NCBI GenBank assembly: GCA_026770705.1
Contig: JANJGN010000038.1
Span: forward strand, 3,906,001 to 3,970,000
Direction of reading: 5' to 3'
Source: Isurus oxyrinchus
Taxonomy: Eukaryota
DNA: 64,000 nt
The stretch's first letter is position 1. The number at the start of each line of letters is the position of its first letter. Under the pieces are notes generated by a model. The model did no database searches. It saw only the letters and a program-made list of their open reading frames with translations, and was not told the DNA's origin. This document shows positions 1 to 12,999 of the stretch, one piece after another. A program made the position numbers and the translations under genes.

Positions 1-2916
1 AGACAGTGTGTATTACAGTGAATACTGAAACAGGTTATGGGTTATTATAAACTGAGACAGTGTGTATTACAGTGAATACTGAAACAGGTTATGGGTTATT
101 ATAAACTGAGATAGTGTGTATTACAGTGAATACTGAATCAGGATATGGGTTATTATAAACTGAGACAGTGAGTATTACAGTGAATACTGAAACAGGTTAT
201 GAGTTATTATAAACTGAGGCAGTGTGTATTACAGTGAATACTGAAACAGGTTATGGGTTATTATAAACTGAGACAGTGTGTATTACAGTGAATACTGATA
301 CAGGTTATGGGTTATTAAAAACTGAGACAGTGTGTATTACAGTGAATACTGAAACAGGTTATGGGTTATTATAAACTGAGACAGTGCATATTACAGTGAA
401 TACTGAAACAGGTTATGGGTTATTATAAACTGAGACAGTGTGTATTACAGTGAATACTGAAACAGGTTATGGGTTATTATAAACTGAGACAGTGTGTATT
501 ACAGTGAATACTGAAACAGGTTATGGGTTATCATAAACTGAGACAGTGTGTATTACAGTGAATACTGAAACAGGTTATGGGTTATCATAAACTGAGACAC
601 TGTGTATTACAGTGAATACTGAAACAGGTTATGGGTTATTATAAACTGAGACAGTGTGTATTACAGTGAATACTGAAACAGGTTATGGGTTATAATAAAC
701 TGAGACAGTGTGTATTACAGTGAATACTGAAACAGGTTATGGGTTATTATAAACTGAGACAGTGTGTATTACAGTGAATACTGAAACAGGTTATGAGTTA
801 TTATAAACTGAGGCAGTGTGTATTACAGTGAATACTGAAACAGGTTATGGGTTATTATAAACTGAGACAGTGTGTATTACAGTGAATACTGAAACAGGTC
901 ATGAGTTATTATAAACTGAGGCAGTATGTATTACAGTGAATACTGAAACAGGTTATGAGTTAATATAAACTGAGACAGTGTGTATTACAGTGAATACTGA
1001 AACAGGTTATGGGTTATTATAAACTGAGACAGTGTGTATTACAGTGAATACTGAAACAGGTTATGGGTTATTATAAACTGAGACAGTGTGTATTACAGTG
1101 AATACTGAAACAGGTTATGGGTTATCATAAACTGAGATAGTGTGTATTACAGTAAATACTGAAACAGGTTATGGGTTATCATAAACTGAGACACTGTGTA
1201 TTACAGTGAATAATGAAACAGACTATGGGTTATTATAAACTGAGACACTGTGTATTACAGTGAATACTGAAACAGGTTATGGGTTATTATAAACTGAGAC
1301 AGTATGTGTTACAGTGAATACTGAAACAGGTTATGGGTTATTATAAACTGAGACAGTGTGTATTACAGTGAATACTGAAACAGGTTATGGGTTATTATAA
1401 ACTGAGACAGTGTGTATTACAATGAATACTGAAACAGGTTATGGGTTATTAAAACTGAGACAGTGTGTATTACAGTGAATACTGAAACAGGTTATGGGTT
1501 ATTATAAACTGAGACAGTGCGTATTACAGTGAATACTGAAACAGGTTATGGGTTATTATAAACTGAGACAGTGTGTATTACAGTGAATACTGAAACAGGT
1601 TATGGGTTATTATAAACTGAGACAGTGTGTATTACAGTGAATACTGAAACAGGTTATGGGTTATCATAAACTGAGATAGTGTGTATTACAGTGAATACTG
1701 AATCAGGTTATGGGTTATCATAAACTGAGACACTGTGTATTACAGTGAATAATGAAACAGGTTATGGGTTATTATAAACTGAGACACTGTGTATTACAGT
1801 GAATACTGAAACAGGTTATGGGTTATTATAAACTGAGACAGTATGTATTATAGTGAATACTGAAACAGGTTATGGGTTATTATAAACTGAGACAGTGTGT
1901 ATTACAGTGAATACTGAAACAGGTTATGGGTTATTATAAACTGAGACAGTGTGTATTACAGTGAATACTGAAACAGGTTATGGGTTATTATAAACTGAGA
2001 TAGTGTGTATTACAGTGAATACTGAAACAGGTTATTGGTTATTATAAACTGAGACAGTGTGTATTACAGTGAATACTGAAACAGGTTATGGGTTATTATA
2101 AACTGAGACAGTGTGTATTACAGTGAATACTGATACAGGTTATGAGTTATTATAAACTGAGGCAGTGTGTATTACAGTGAATACTGAAACAGGTTATGGG
2201 TTATTATAAACTGAGACAGTGTGTATTACAGTGAATACTGAAACAGGTTATGGGTTATTAAAAACTGAGACAGTGTGTATTACAGTGAATACTGAAACAG
2301 GTTATGGGTTATTATAAACTGAGACAGTGCGTATTACAGTGAATACTGAAACAGGTTATGGGTTATTATAAACTGAGACAGTGTGTATTACAGTGAATAC
2401 TGAAACAGGTTATGGGTTATCATAAACTGAGATAGTGTGTATTACAGTGAATACTGAAACAGGTTATGGGTTATCATAAACTGAGACACTGTGTATTACA
2501 GTGAATAATGAAACAGGCTATGGGTTATTATAAACTGAGACAGTGTGTATTACAGTGAATACTGAAACAGGTTATGGGTTATTATAAACTGAGACAGTAT
2601 GTATTACAGTGAATACTGAAACAGGTTATGGGTTATTATAAACTGAGACAGTGTGTGTTACAGTGAATACTGAAACAGGTTATGGGTTATTAAAAACTGA
2701 GACAGTGTGTATTACAGTGAATACTGAAACTGGTTATGGATTAATATAAACTGAGACAGTGTGTATTACAGTGAATACTGAAACAGGTTATGGGTTATTA
2801 TAAACTGAGACAGTGTGTATTACAGTGAATACTGAAACAGGTTATGGGTTAATAAAAACTGAGACAGTGTGTATTACAGTGAATACTGAAACAGGTTATT
2901 GATTATTATAAACTGA
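1..2916. repeat. 54-bp tandem satellite (about 54 copies, runs off the window start)
   Basis: Unit AGACAGTGTGTATTACAGTGAATACTGAAACAGGTTATGGGTTATTATAAACTG repeats with period 54 and only a few substitutions per copy. Confidence 0.98.
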
Positions 2917-3450
2917 GGCAGCCTCTATTACAGAAATTACCAATACAATATCTGTATTTATATAAACTGAGAAAGGTTATTTTGCAGTGATTATTGATAC
3001 AAGGCATGGATTAATATAAACTGAGACTGGGTCTATTACAGAGATTACTGATACATGCTATTGATTAACATAAACTGAGACAGGGTCTATTACAGTGATT
3101 ACCGATACAAGGTCTATATTGATATAAAGTGTGTCAGGGTTTTTTCAAGGATTACTGATACAAGGTATTGATTACTATCAACTGAGACAGGGTCTCTTGC
3201 AGTGATTACTAATACAATGTTTGCATTAATATAAACTAAGACAGGGTCTCTTTCAGTGGTTACTGATACAAGGTATGGATAATATCCACTTAGGCAGGGT
3301 TTATTACAGTGATTACTGATACAAAGTCTGTATTCATATAAACAGCGGCAGGGTCTAGTGTAGTGATTACTGGTAAACGGCCTAGATTAATATCAACTGC
3401 TACAGAACAGGATTGATACTGAGCCCAATTTAATAAAACTGAAGCGGGGC
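2917..3450. repeat. Degenerate older continuation of the 54/27-bp satellite
   Basis: Units such as ACTGAGACAGGGTCTATTACAGTGATTACTGATACAAGG...TTAATATAA keep the same periodicity with much higher divergence. Confidence 0.85.
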
Positions 3451-4134
3451 ATTACGCGATAATCTCTGACACAGCACGGAGTGTAAGTCAACCAGGGATA
3501 AATCTGGTGTGGAAACAATTGATGCAGGGCTTTGCGGCATATTGAGAGGGACAGAGAGTAATGCAGTTATAATTAATGCATAACCTAGTGTAATATACAG
3601 AGAGATAGGGTTTAGTGTTACATCATTAGAAACCTCTTACTGTGCAATATAATAAGTGTATTAATTTCGAATTAACATAAGCCCCAGCATCACTGATCCA
3701 TTTGCCAGTGGAACAGCTTCTCCCTAAATATTCAAAAACATCCCTCACACGTTGGACCATTTCTGATAAACCTATACTCGTTGATGAGGAGAGCAATCCC
3801 AGTTTTTTGTTGTGCAGAGAGTGAAGGGCAGTGCAAACTTAAGTTCCAGGAAATCTTCTGTCTTGTTACTTCGAAATGAGCATTTAACAATCGTTGACAC
3901 TGTTATATGGGGCCAATGGAAATAAAGTGCACTGTTACAACAGAGTCAGGCTAAGACACCGGGCTACAAGGCAACGGATCCCTTACAACTAAATTGATGT
4001 GTGTAAGACTGGAGCCTGCTCCTGAACTTTATATACATAGAACCAAATGCTATAATTTCAAAATAGCAACTGCAACATGTCCAGTGCCTTGCATTAGTGG
4101 CTCTCATACATGGACAGTAACCACTACTGAACTG

Positions 4135-4232
4135 AAAACAGAAAGTGCTGGAAAGACTCAGCCGGTCTGGCAGGGTCTGAGGAGAGAGCAACAGAGTTAA
4201 CGTTTCGATTCCATTTTGAGTTTATTCAGAGC
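4135..4232 (-). mobile_element. Penelope-like element terminal remnant with decayed hammerhead motif
   Basis: Matches the terminal sequence of the elements at 24.2 kb and 51.7-54.5 kb (GCTGGAAA..CTCAGC..GTCTGGCAG..CAGAGTTAACGTTTCGA). The minus strand reads CTGAATA..GAAACGTTAACTC. Confidence 0.6.
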
Positions 4233-4279
4233 CACAACTGCAGGTTTGAAGCATGGTCAGGTGGGTGATCATTCAGATG

Positions 4280-4620
4280 TGGCGATGGTAATGTCATCTC
4301 AGTCTTAGGGAATAGCAGCATCGAGGTAAATTAACTGGGTAATACAGAGAAGATCAGAAATGCTCCAGGGACATGATTTAAACGCCACGATGGCAGCTGG
4401 CGGGATTTCCATTCATTTTATTCACTAAAACCGAAACTGGAATAAAATTACTCATTGCATTAATAATCGAACAATCTCATTGTCATGAATTTGCAACTGG
4501 TTCACTAATGTCATTCGGGGAGGAAATCTTACCCTTACCAGCCTGGCCTACGTGAGGCTGGAGCCCCACAACAACGTGGTTGACTCTTAACGGCCCTTGG
4601 AATGGTCCAGAAGACCATTT
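4280..4620 (+). mobile_element. tRNA-derived SINE, DeuSINE/SacSINE1-like
   Basis: Contains CTGGTTCACTAATGTC..GGAAATCT..CCTTACC..CTGGCCTA.GTGA..GTGGTTGACTCTTAAC.GCCCT, which I recall as the Deu-domain core. A second copy lies inverted at about 8370-8580. Confidence 0.55.
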
Positions 4621-5999
4621 AGTTGGGTCAAAGCACTTCTTGGAAAGTCAAATAAGAGGCGCACGGCACAAACTGCAGCTGTTGAAGGTGTCGGCTCCCC
4701 GCCACCTTCTCAAGGGTACTTATTGCAGGACAGTTAAGGCTGGCCTTGTTTTCGACGTTCACAACAAAAAACAAATAAAAACAACGGTCAAAGCTTTGTA
4801 AACTATTACGGATGCTCTCAATGTAAAGTAAGGCCAGAAAATCTGGAAACACTCAGCATCATTCTACGCTGACACTATTTTACAGCTCAGGGGTATCCTG
4901 GACCAATACCTAATGCACAACTAACATCACTAATAAACAGGTGATCTGGGCTTTTATTACATCTCTGTTGGTGGGAGCTTCCTGTGCACAAATTGCCTCC
5001 TGTAGTTCTAACGTGACACAAGAGATTATAATTCGAAATAAGGTACATCAATGAGGTTAATGAGGTATGTGATTTTGGACCTCCTGAGATGGTGCAATGT
5101 GCTGTATAAACACCGAGTTTTTACTAAAAGTGAACATGTCAAAACAGACGTGGTGCTGTGTTAGAAAGTCTGAGAAGAATGTGATTAACGGTCATTTCTC
5201 TGTTCATTATTTAAACATGTTTATGTAAAAGGGGTTCATCCTTTCACCAATCGATATTCAGCGGAATAACAGGCTGCTCAGAAATGCTTAATTGATTTAA
5301 GCAGCAGAATTTCCAGAAACATTTTTTCTTAAATTTAATGGCTTCTTTTGTTTAAAATAAATAACATCTGTACCAATTGGTTTTCTGAAAATTGTGTTCA
5401 ATTCTTATACCATCTGTGAATATTCTTAAAATAAACTTGTTTTGCGCTGAACATAATCGATAAGTGACTGTTGATCTGATTCTGCTGCCATGAACACCAC
5501 TTTGAAACTAGTGAGGCGGTTATGTAAATAAACACAGAAATAGACGCTTCAGAATAGAATATTGAGCGTCGGAAATACAATAGATGTTTCCCCACCAGCA
5601 GAGCATGGAAATAACAACAGAGAGAAATGCAAATCACACAAAGGATTCCAGTAATGATTGATAGTTGGAAGATTTCTATAAGTTATGGGATAACAATATA
5701 AAGATGTTTTTTGTGTTCAAGACTGGCGAAGCGTCCTTTGATCCGGTATACAGCAGCATTGAAAATGTGTTTGCGGAGTTTCCTGCATTCTATCCCGCTC
5801 TGTCTCCCTTTCTCCCCTATCCCGGGCGTGTCTGGCCTCTCATTAATTTGTCAGCGTCTGTAACTCATAACGTGAAGTCAGTATCTTATCAAAGATTAAT
5901 CTCACCCCTATTCATTGACTTTTAACGAAATAGATGGATGTTCACAGAAGGAACTTAACTCTAAAATGTGTCTGGTTCACTTAACAACATGGGAGTATT

Positions 6000-6310
6000 T
6001 AATGGGACAGTCTAAAGGGAGCACTCCTCTGCAAATTAACATTCCTATGTCTTCCTGTGAATGGTATATGGGAAATTGTAGAGGGATCTTTTTTCTGCAT
6101 CTGATACTGCTGCACCATTCGTGGGAGCATTCGATCGAATCATGTAGAGGGACCTTTGTCTATCCAGCGCTATACATGTCCTGAGAATGTTTGGTGGGAT
6201 AGTTTAGAGAGACCTTTACTCTGCCTCACCCAGGAATTTACCAATGTAGAGGTAGCTTTACTCTGCGTCTGAACTGTCCCGTGTCTATCCTTAGGAGTGT
6301 GTAATAGTGT
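6000..6310. repeat. Degenerate ~60-bp tandem repeat
   Basis: The motif TGTAGAGGGA(G/C)CTTTACTCTG recurs about four times with CCTG.GAGTGTTTG-like segments between. Confidence 0.55.
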
Positions 6311-7019
6311 TTCGGACTCAGTGCATGAAATGGTGTTCTGGACCGAATCCCTCATCACATGTCAAAATATATTTGGATGTTCACTTGAAGTACTGTAGCC
6401 CCAAGGGCCCTGGCACAAAAGCTAGGAAGTGGGCTTAGACTTGATAGATCATTTCAGGCCATTATGGTTAGGGTGTGCACAATGGCCTGTTTCTGTGCTG
6501 CAGAAATCTATGATTTTCAGATCCTATGAAGTGCGTTGAGGTCTCAGAAAGTGTACAGAGGAAGGTAATGAGTTTGTTAACAAGGATCAGGGTCTTTAGT
6601 AACAACAATCAATTGGACAAATTGGCAGCATTCTGCTTGTGATAAAGAAGATTAAGCAGAAACCTAAACGCTTTTTCCAAGATGATGAGAGGTTTGAAAG
6701 AGAATTAGCAGAGAACATCAGTTCCTTCTGTTCATTGTGTCAATATCCAGTGATCATAGCTTCAGAACAAATGTATATATTGGCAGATTTGTAAAAGGGC
6801 GATGAAGAGAAATATTTCGCCAGCAATTGGTTCCCTTTATATTACACCAGATCCTGCCTCAATTATTACTCTTTGAGTTCAAGTCACAGTTCTGGTTTTG
6901 CTGAAACCTGTGAAATTTATGGATGCATAATCTGGTATTTGTATTTTTATTACACTAGGCTCTGACACAATTAACTCTGTGCTAATCAAGCCTCTGTTTC
7001 AGGCCGGCCCCCAAATCTG

Positions 7020-7330
7020 TTATTAGTACATTAGAGCATTTCGCTATTTATATTATATAACGCTCTGTTTCAGTTATTAGTTAACCATACACCATGTCTC
7101 TATATGTCGCACTCGACCACGTCTCAGTTATTACTATACTAGAACATGTATATGTTAATATAACCCTGGATCCTGTCTCTGTTGTTACTGCACTGGAACT
7201 TGTCTCCATTTATGTTTTACATAATTGTTTCTGTTAAAATTGCACTGGAAAATATATCTCTTTATATTTTACAGTGGGCCCTTTCTCAGTTATTACTGCC
7301 CTATACCATGTTTCTGTTAAGCTAACACTT
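7020..7330 (-). repeat. Decayed 27-bp satellite relative
   Basis: Repeated TCTCAGTTATTACT..ACTAGA/ACTGGA motifs are the reverse complement of the CTAGTGCAGTAATAACTGAGACAG monomer. Confidence 0.6.
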
Positions 7331-8369
7331 TACCCACGCCAGTAAACATTGAATTATATCATGGCAAACGTATTGGAAACTGGTGAGGAAATAGTGAAGT
7401 TAACGTGCAGCACAAAACAATGGAAACAGAAACAATTTTTTTTTATTGAATTTCATTGAGAGTGGAAAGTGTTACATTCCATTCCAAGTGAGAGAGTTAC
7501 AGATTTATTATGCTCACGTTAGGTATAGGTACAGTTGCATTTTCACCGCCTCTTGCACAGATCATCACACACTCGAGTGACGCACAAGTGATCACTTGTC
7601 AACAAACAGAGAGAATGGTGGGTAGATGTCCTTTATTCTCCATGTGATTTAATCCACTTTCGAACTGAATTCTGACCGCAGCTAAACTCACTTTGGAATC
7701 TAAATAGGCATTTTCCACACAAGAACTTGAAAAAGACGTCCGCATCAAGAAATGTTAACGATAATAGATGATCTGAAATTGCTGGATGGATGGTTCGAAA
7801 TATAGATAGATAGACTGACAGCCAAACAGACAGGTACGCAGCTAGATGGGTTGACAGATAGAGAGACTGAGATACACAACATCTAGCGTAATATATACAG
7901 TTTAATGCTAAATAACCTTTTCGGTGGTTCATATGATACAAACAGGGAGATGGTCTTGTATAATGTGAAGAGATGTATGCATCAGTGCAATTACTTACTC
8001 CAACAGGGCCTAGTGTAAAACATGAATTGAGACTAGGTCTTTTGCACTGCGATCTGAGACAGAGTCCTGTGTAATTTTAAGGAAGGCATAACCCAATCGT
8101 TATGTATCAGCACCTTTCATGGTCTTAAATACCTCGATCAAAGCCCCTCTTAACACCCTCTATTCTAAGGAAAACGATTCAAGATCTCCAAGGTCTAGTA
8201 ACATTCGGATCAATCTCCTCTTCATCCTCTCTGCGACCTTCAAATGCTTTATAAAACAGAGTTCCTGGAATAATTATGTACAATATACATGGAAACACAG
8301 TAGGGAGTACTTTAACAAATGTTGTTTTTAATCATTCACTAGGCTGAAGTATTTATTTATCTCTATTCA

Positions 8370-8580
8370 TCCAGGAGATGTGAGCGTCTCTGACACGGCC
8401 AGCATTTCCCCCGTGCTCCGCTGTCCTGGGACTGAATATCTGGCTAGACATTTTCAGAGTCGGAGGATAGTTAAGAGTGAACCACGTGCTGTGGGCCTGG
8501 AGTCACATTTAGGCCAGACTGGGGAAGGATGCATATTTACTTCACCGAATGTTCATTAGTGAATCAGATGCGTTTATAGC
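8370..8580 (-). mobile_element. DeuSINE/SacSINE1-like fragment
   Basis: GTTAAGAGTGAACCAC..GCTGTGGGCCTGGAGTCACATTTAGGCCAGAC..CATTAGTGAA is the reverse complement of the core at 4500-4600. Confidence 0.55.
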
Positions 8581-9199
8581 AATGAAAATTGTAACGATCC
8601 AGTTCCATTTCCGTTTTTTTATTCATTCATGGGATTTGTGCGTTTCCAGCTGAACCAACATTCAATAGCCAAACACAATTGCCCTTGAGAAGGTGTTAGT
8701 GAGCAAACCACTTGTACTGCTGCAGTCCACGTGCTGTAGGGACACCCACAGTGCTTCTAGGAAGGGAGTTGTATGATTTGGACCCAAGGATAGTGAAGAA
8801 ACAGGGACTTTCCATTGTTGTTGCTGTGCTTCTGCTGCCCTTGTTGCCCGGAGAATTGGGGAATATTCCACCACACTCCTGACATGTGCCTTGTAGTTTG
8901 TGGACAGGTATTTGCAGAATTCCTAGCTTCCGAACGGCTCTTGTCTCAATCACATTTAAATTCCGCCAGCTGCTGTGGTGGGATTTGAATCCATGTCCCC
9001 AGAAGATGAGTCTGGACCTCTGGGCTAGTGATGAGCACTTGGGACGCTATAACACTCAAGGCTATGGGCCAAGTGCTGGTAAATAGGATTAGGTAGGTAG
9101 GTAGGTCAAGTGTTTCTCAAGTGCCGGTGCAGACTCGATGGGCCGAAGGGCCTTTTCTGTACTGTGATTCTGTGAATCTGTGGCAGCGCCACAGCAATG

Positions 9200-9400
9200 T
9201 TGTGCCTGAGTTAGGGTCTAGTGTAATGTAACCAGAGACAGGGCCTGGTATAATATAAATGGAAAGCTGCTCCAGTGCAGTAATAACTGAAACAGAGCCT
9301 GGTTAAAATAAACTTCAACATGGTCCAGTGCATTAAAAACAGGGACAAGTTCTATGAAATATAAACATAAACAATATAGCACATCAATAACTAAGAAACC
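9200..9400 (+). repeat. Decayed 27-bp satellite relative
   Basis: Motifs GGGTCTAGTGTAATGTAAC, GAGACAGGGCCTGGTATAATATAAA and CCAGTGCAGTAATAACTGAAACAG. Confidence 0.6.
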
Positions 9401-9909
9401 GCCTTATGTAACACAAACAGATATTATATGAGGTCAAATTTCAACAAAGCTTTTTGGAATTTAAACTTAGTTAATTTTATACATCTGAACTATTAAAAAT
9501 GCCCTCAATATCAGTAATGGGAAACGTGCATCTCCCAGACTCATCAAAACACAGCTGACATATAAAGGTACGTTTCAGAAATACATTCCCACCCACCACC
9601 ACCCCCCCCCCCACCCCCCCACCACCCCCCCCCACCACCTTACATGTTTTTTTCCCAAAGGGACTCCAGATAAAGAGCAAGGTGGGTAACTTTGAATCTC
9701 CCTCTAAACATTCTCAGTGTGCAGTCATTTTTATTAAACGGCCACGAGAATCAGCAACCTGAGCACAGTCAGTAAAGCCAGACGGCATCAACCGAGGCAC
9801 AGGCAAAGACACAGGCAGTCCAATTAACTGTATAAAATTCTCTGAACGATCTTCTGTGGACATCTCCCACAGCTGAGAAACACTGAACGCAGGCTGGCGG
9901 AAACACAAG

Positions 9910-10690
9910 AAGAACAACAACAAAGAACAAAGAAAAGTACAGCACAGGAACAGGCCCTTCGGCCCACCAAGCCTGCGCCGATCATATTGCCCGTCAACTA
10001 AAACATTTTGCACTTCCGGGGTCCGTATCCCTCTCTTCCCATCCTATTCATGTATTTGTCAAGCTGCCTCTTAAACATCACTATCGTACCTGCTTCCACC
10101 ACCTCCTCTGGCAGCAAATTCCAGACACTCACTACACTCTGCATAAAAAACTTGCCCCGTACATCTCTGTAGTTTTCTCCTCTCACCTTAAATCTATGTC
10201 CCCTAGGAATTGAATCTCCCACCCTGGGAAAAAGATTCTGACTGTCTACTCTGTCCATGCCACTCATAACTTTGTAAATTTCTATCAAGCCGCCCCTCAA
10301 TCTCAGTCCCTCCAGTCAGAACAATCAGAGTTTCTCCAACCTCTCCTCATACCTAATAACCTCCAGACCAGGCAGCATCCTGGTAAACCTCCTCTGCACC
10401 CTCTCCAATGCCTCCATATCCTTCTGGTAATGTGGAGACCAGAATTGCAAGCAATATTCCATGTGTAGGCTAACCAAGGTTCTATACAGCTGCAGCATGA
10501 ATTCCCAGCTTTTATACTCAATACCCCTGCCAATGAAGGCAAGCTTGCCATATGCCTTCCTGACTACCTTATCCACCTGCGTTGCCACTTTCAGTGACCA
10601 GTGGACCTGTATACCCAGATCCCTCTGCCTGTCGATGCACTTAAGGGTTCTGCCATTTACTGTATAATTCCTACCTGTATTAGACCTTAC
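9910..10690 (-). mobile_element. CR1-clade LINE 3' fragment (ORF2 C-terminus plus 3' UTR)
   Basis: ORFs 10325-10588 and 9998-10300 encode MLQLYRTLV..LHMEYCLQFWSPHYQKDMEALERVQRRFTRMLPGL and RGGLIEIYKVMSGMDRVD..PRGHRFKV, typical of the CR1 ORF2 C-terminus. The 3' end has GGGCCGAAGGGCCTGTT and a short tandem tail. It is frameshifted. Confidence 0.9.
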
Positions 10691-10699
10691 AAACTAAAC

Positions 10700-12800
10700 A
10701 CCCACCTGACATAGTCATGCTCAATGTTAATACCTTCCAACCAATATCCCCACGCCTGATTGACCCACCAGTGATGGCGTGATATTAGTCGGGAAAGAGC
10801 GCCCCTGGGGGTCCTCAATATTGACTCCAGGAGTCATGAATACTCCTGGCATCAGAACAGGCAACAGTGGAAAATCTCCTTTCTAATTCGAGTTATTTCC
10901 CTACCTCAACTAATGAATCAGCGCGTCTCCATGTTGAACACAATTCTGGTGAAACCCTGAGAGCAGAAAAGGAAATGGAACTTCAATGCACATCAGCAAG
11001 AATGGCTCGATACCAATACTGACTGAGCTGGCCGAGTCACGAAGGACATATCTACCAGACCTTGCCCCTGTAAGGTGTTGCGAGAACACAAGGAGAAAAC
11101 TTACTTGAGACGGCGCTCATTACTCTCCCTGGCACAGATAGATCTCTCCACGTCAGTATTGATGAGAGTGTCCACCGTACTTTTCTTTTGGATACAAAGA
11201 CCCATCTTCAGACTGAGAGCACCACCCGTGATGTTGTGTGGCATAATCACCGTGCTAAATGCGATAGATTTGGAGAATATTTGGCAATTAAAACCTTGCA
11301 TCAGTGAGGCCATTAGCTTGAGTAACATTCTCATCCCCCCACAATATGCACGTCATGGGATGTATAACCCTCACTCTACCATTAGGATGAAGCCAGGGGA
11401 TCAACGGTTGTTCAGTGATGAATTTAGAGCAGTAGACCAGATGCAGCAACAAGAAGATCTAAAAATGGGGTGTCAGCCTGATCAAGCTGTAACATGGTGA
11501 AAAATTGCTGAACAAACCCAATGCGGCCCATTGACCCTCAATCATTGTACTCTCAGCCAGCAGCAACCTGATGGAAGGTGTCATTGACGGAGCAATCAAA
11601 CAGCAGCTCATCAGCAACAAGCTGCTCAACAATGCTCAGTTTAGGCTTCACAAGGGCCTTTCAGTTCCCGACTACATCACGTTGTTGATCTGAACAAAGA
11701 CAAACAGCTAAAGTTCTAATATGAGAGTGAATGCCCTTGACATCAAGGTAGTATTTCACACATTGTGGCGCCAAGGAGCATTAGCAACATTGAAGTCAAT
11801 GGCAATCTGGGGGAAACTCATTGGAGTCATACCTAGCACAAATGAAAATGATTGCTGTTGCTGGAGGCCAAAAGCCCCACACCAGAGCATCGCTCTCGGA
11901 GTTCCTCAGGAAAGTGTCCTAGGCCCAGTCATCCTCAGTTGCTTCATCAATGACCTTATTTCCATAATCATGTCAGAAGTAGCGATGTTCATGAATGTTG
12001 GCACAATTTTCAGCACCATTCACTGTTCCTCAGATACTGAAGCAGTTCATGCCTCCATGCAGAAAAAAAACATTTGGACAATATTAAACCTTTGGCTGAT
12101 GAGTGGAAAGTGACATAACGTGTTACAAGTGCCAGGCAGTGACCATCTCTATCAAGAGAGAATCTAACCATCTCCCGTTGTCATTCATTGACATTAGCAT
12201 TGCAGAATCCAACACCAGCAACACTGTGGGGGCCACAGCAGTAAATTAAGTTAACTGAACCAGCAACATATATGAAGAATCTAGAAAAGGTCAGAGGCAG
12301 CACATTGTATGGCGAGCGAAGCACCTCATGTTTCTCCACAATCTGTCCACAATGTCCATGCAATTTTTAGGAAAGTAATTGAATATCTCAGCTTGCCTGG
12401 ATCAGGGAAGTTCCAACAAAACACTTGCCGAGCAGGCCCGAGAAACCACATTATCTTCTCCTAATATTATTTCTTATATTCGGAAGAAGGAAGACACCAT
12501 GTAGGAAAAATCGTCGCGCCTGATTGGCCACCCCATCCGCGTTTATAAATCCATTCCCTCCAGCACCACTGCACAAATACAGCAGTGTGCACCATCTACG
12601 AAATACACGGTGGCAACTCACCAACTGTTCTTTGACAGCCCGTGCAAGCCCCTGACTACTAACACCTAGAGGATCAAGTGTGACAGACCCATGGAAAGAC
12701 CTATAAGTTCCCCTCAAGGCCAACTACCACATTGGCGTGAAAATATGTTGTTATTTCTTCACTGTCGCTGGGTCAAAACCCTGAAACCCCTATTTTACAG
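10700..12800 (+). mobile_element. Decayed non-LTR retrotransposon (RT region and 3' tail)
   Basis: ORF 11721-12113 has ALDIK..F..LW and GVPQESVLGP..CFINDL (RT motifs). It is the same family as 63000-63950, and its tail is shared with 16130-16380 and 42080-42540. Confidence 0.8.
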
Positions 12801-12999
12801 CAATGAATCATAGGGTCATTGAAATCCACAATACGGAAAAGGGGCATTCGTCCCAGCGAACAAGCAGTAATCAGCCTTGTCAACTTTCCAGCTCTTGGTC
12901 TGTAACCTTTTAGGTTGTTTCACTTCAAGTTTTTACAACCCTTTCACATCATGAGTTTTAGATTCCCATCATCCTTTGGGTTAAAACATTTGCCGTGAC

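Noticed and set aside
1-2916. CRISPR-like array or RSS array
   Set aside because: There are no unique spacers and the context is eukaryotic. Units contain heptamer-like (CACTGTG, TACAGTG) and nonamer-like (GGTTATTAT) words, but at 9- or 19-nt spacing, not 12 or 23.
5627-5634. Octamer ATGCAAAT
   Set aside because: It lies 15 kb from the V promoter with no nearby V or leader. A chance occurrence is expected; another is at about 44282.
9588-9640. C-rich tract with G-quadruplex potential
   Set aside because: It is a simple low-complexity run with no supporting context.
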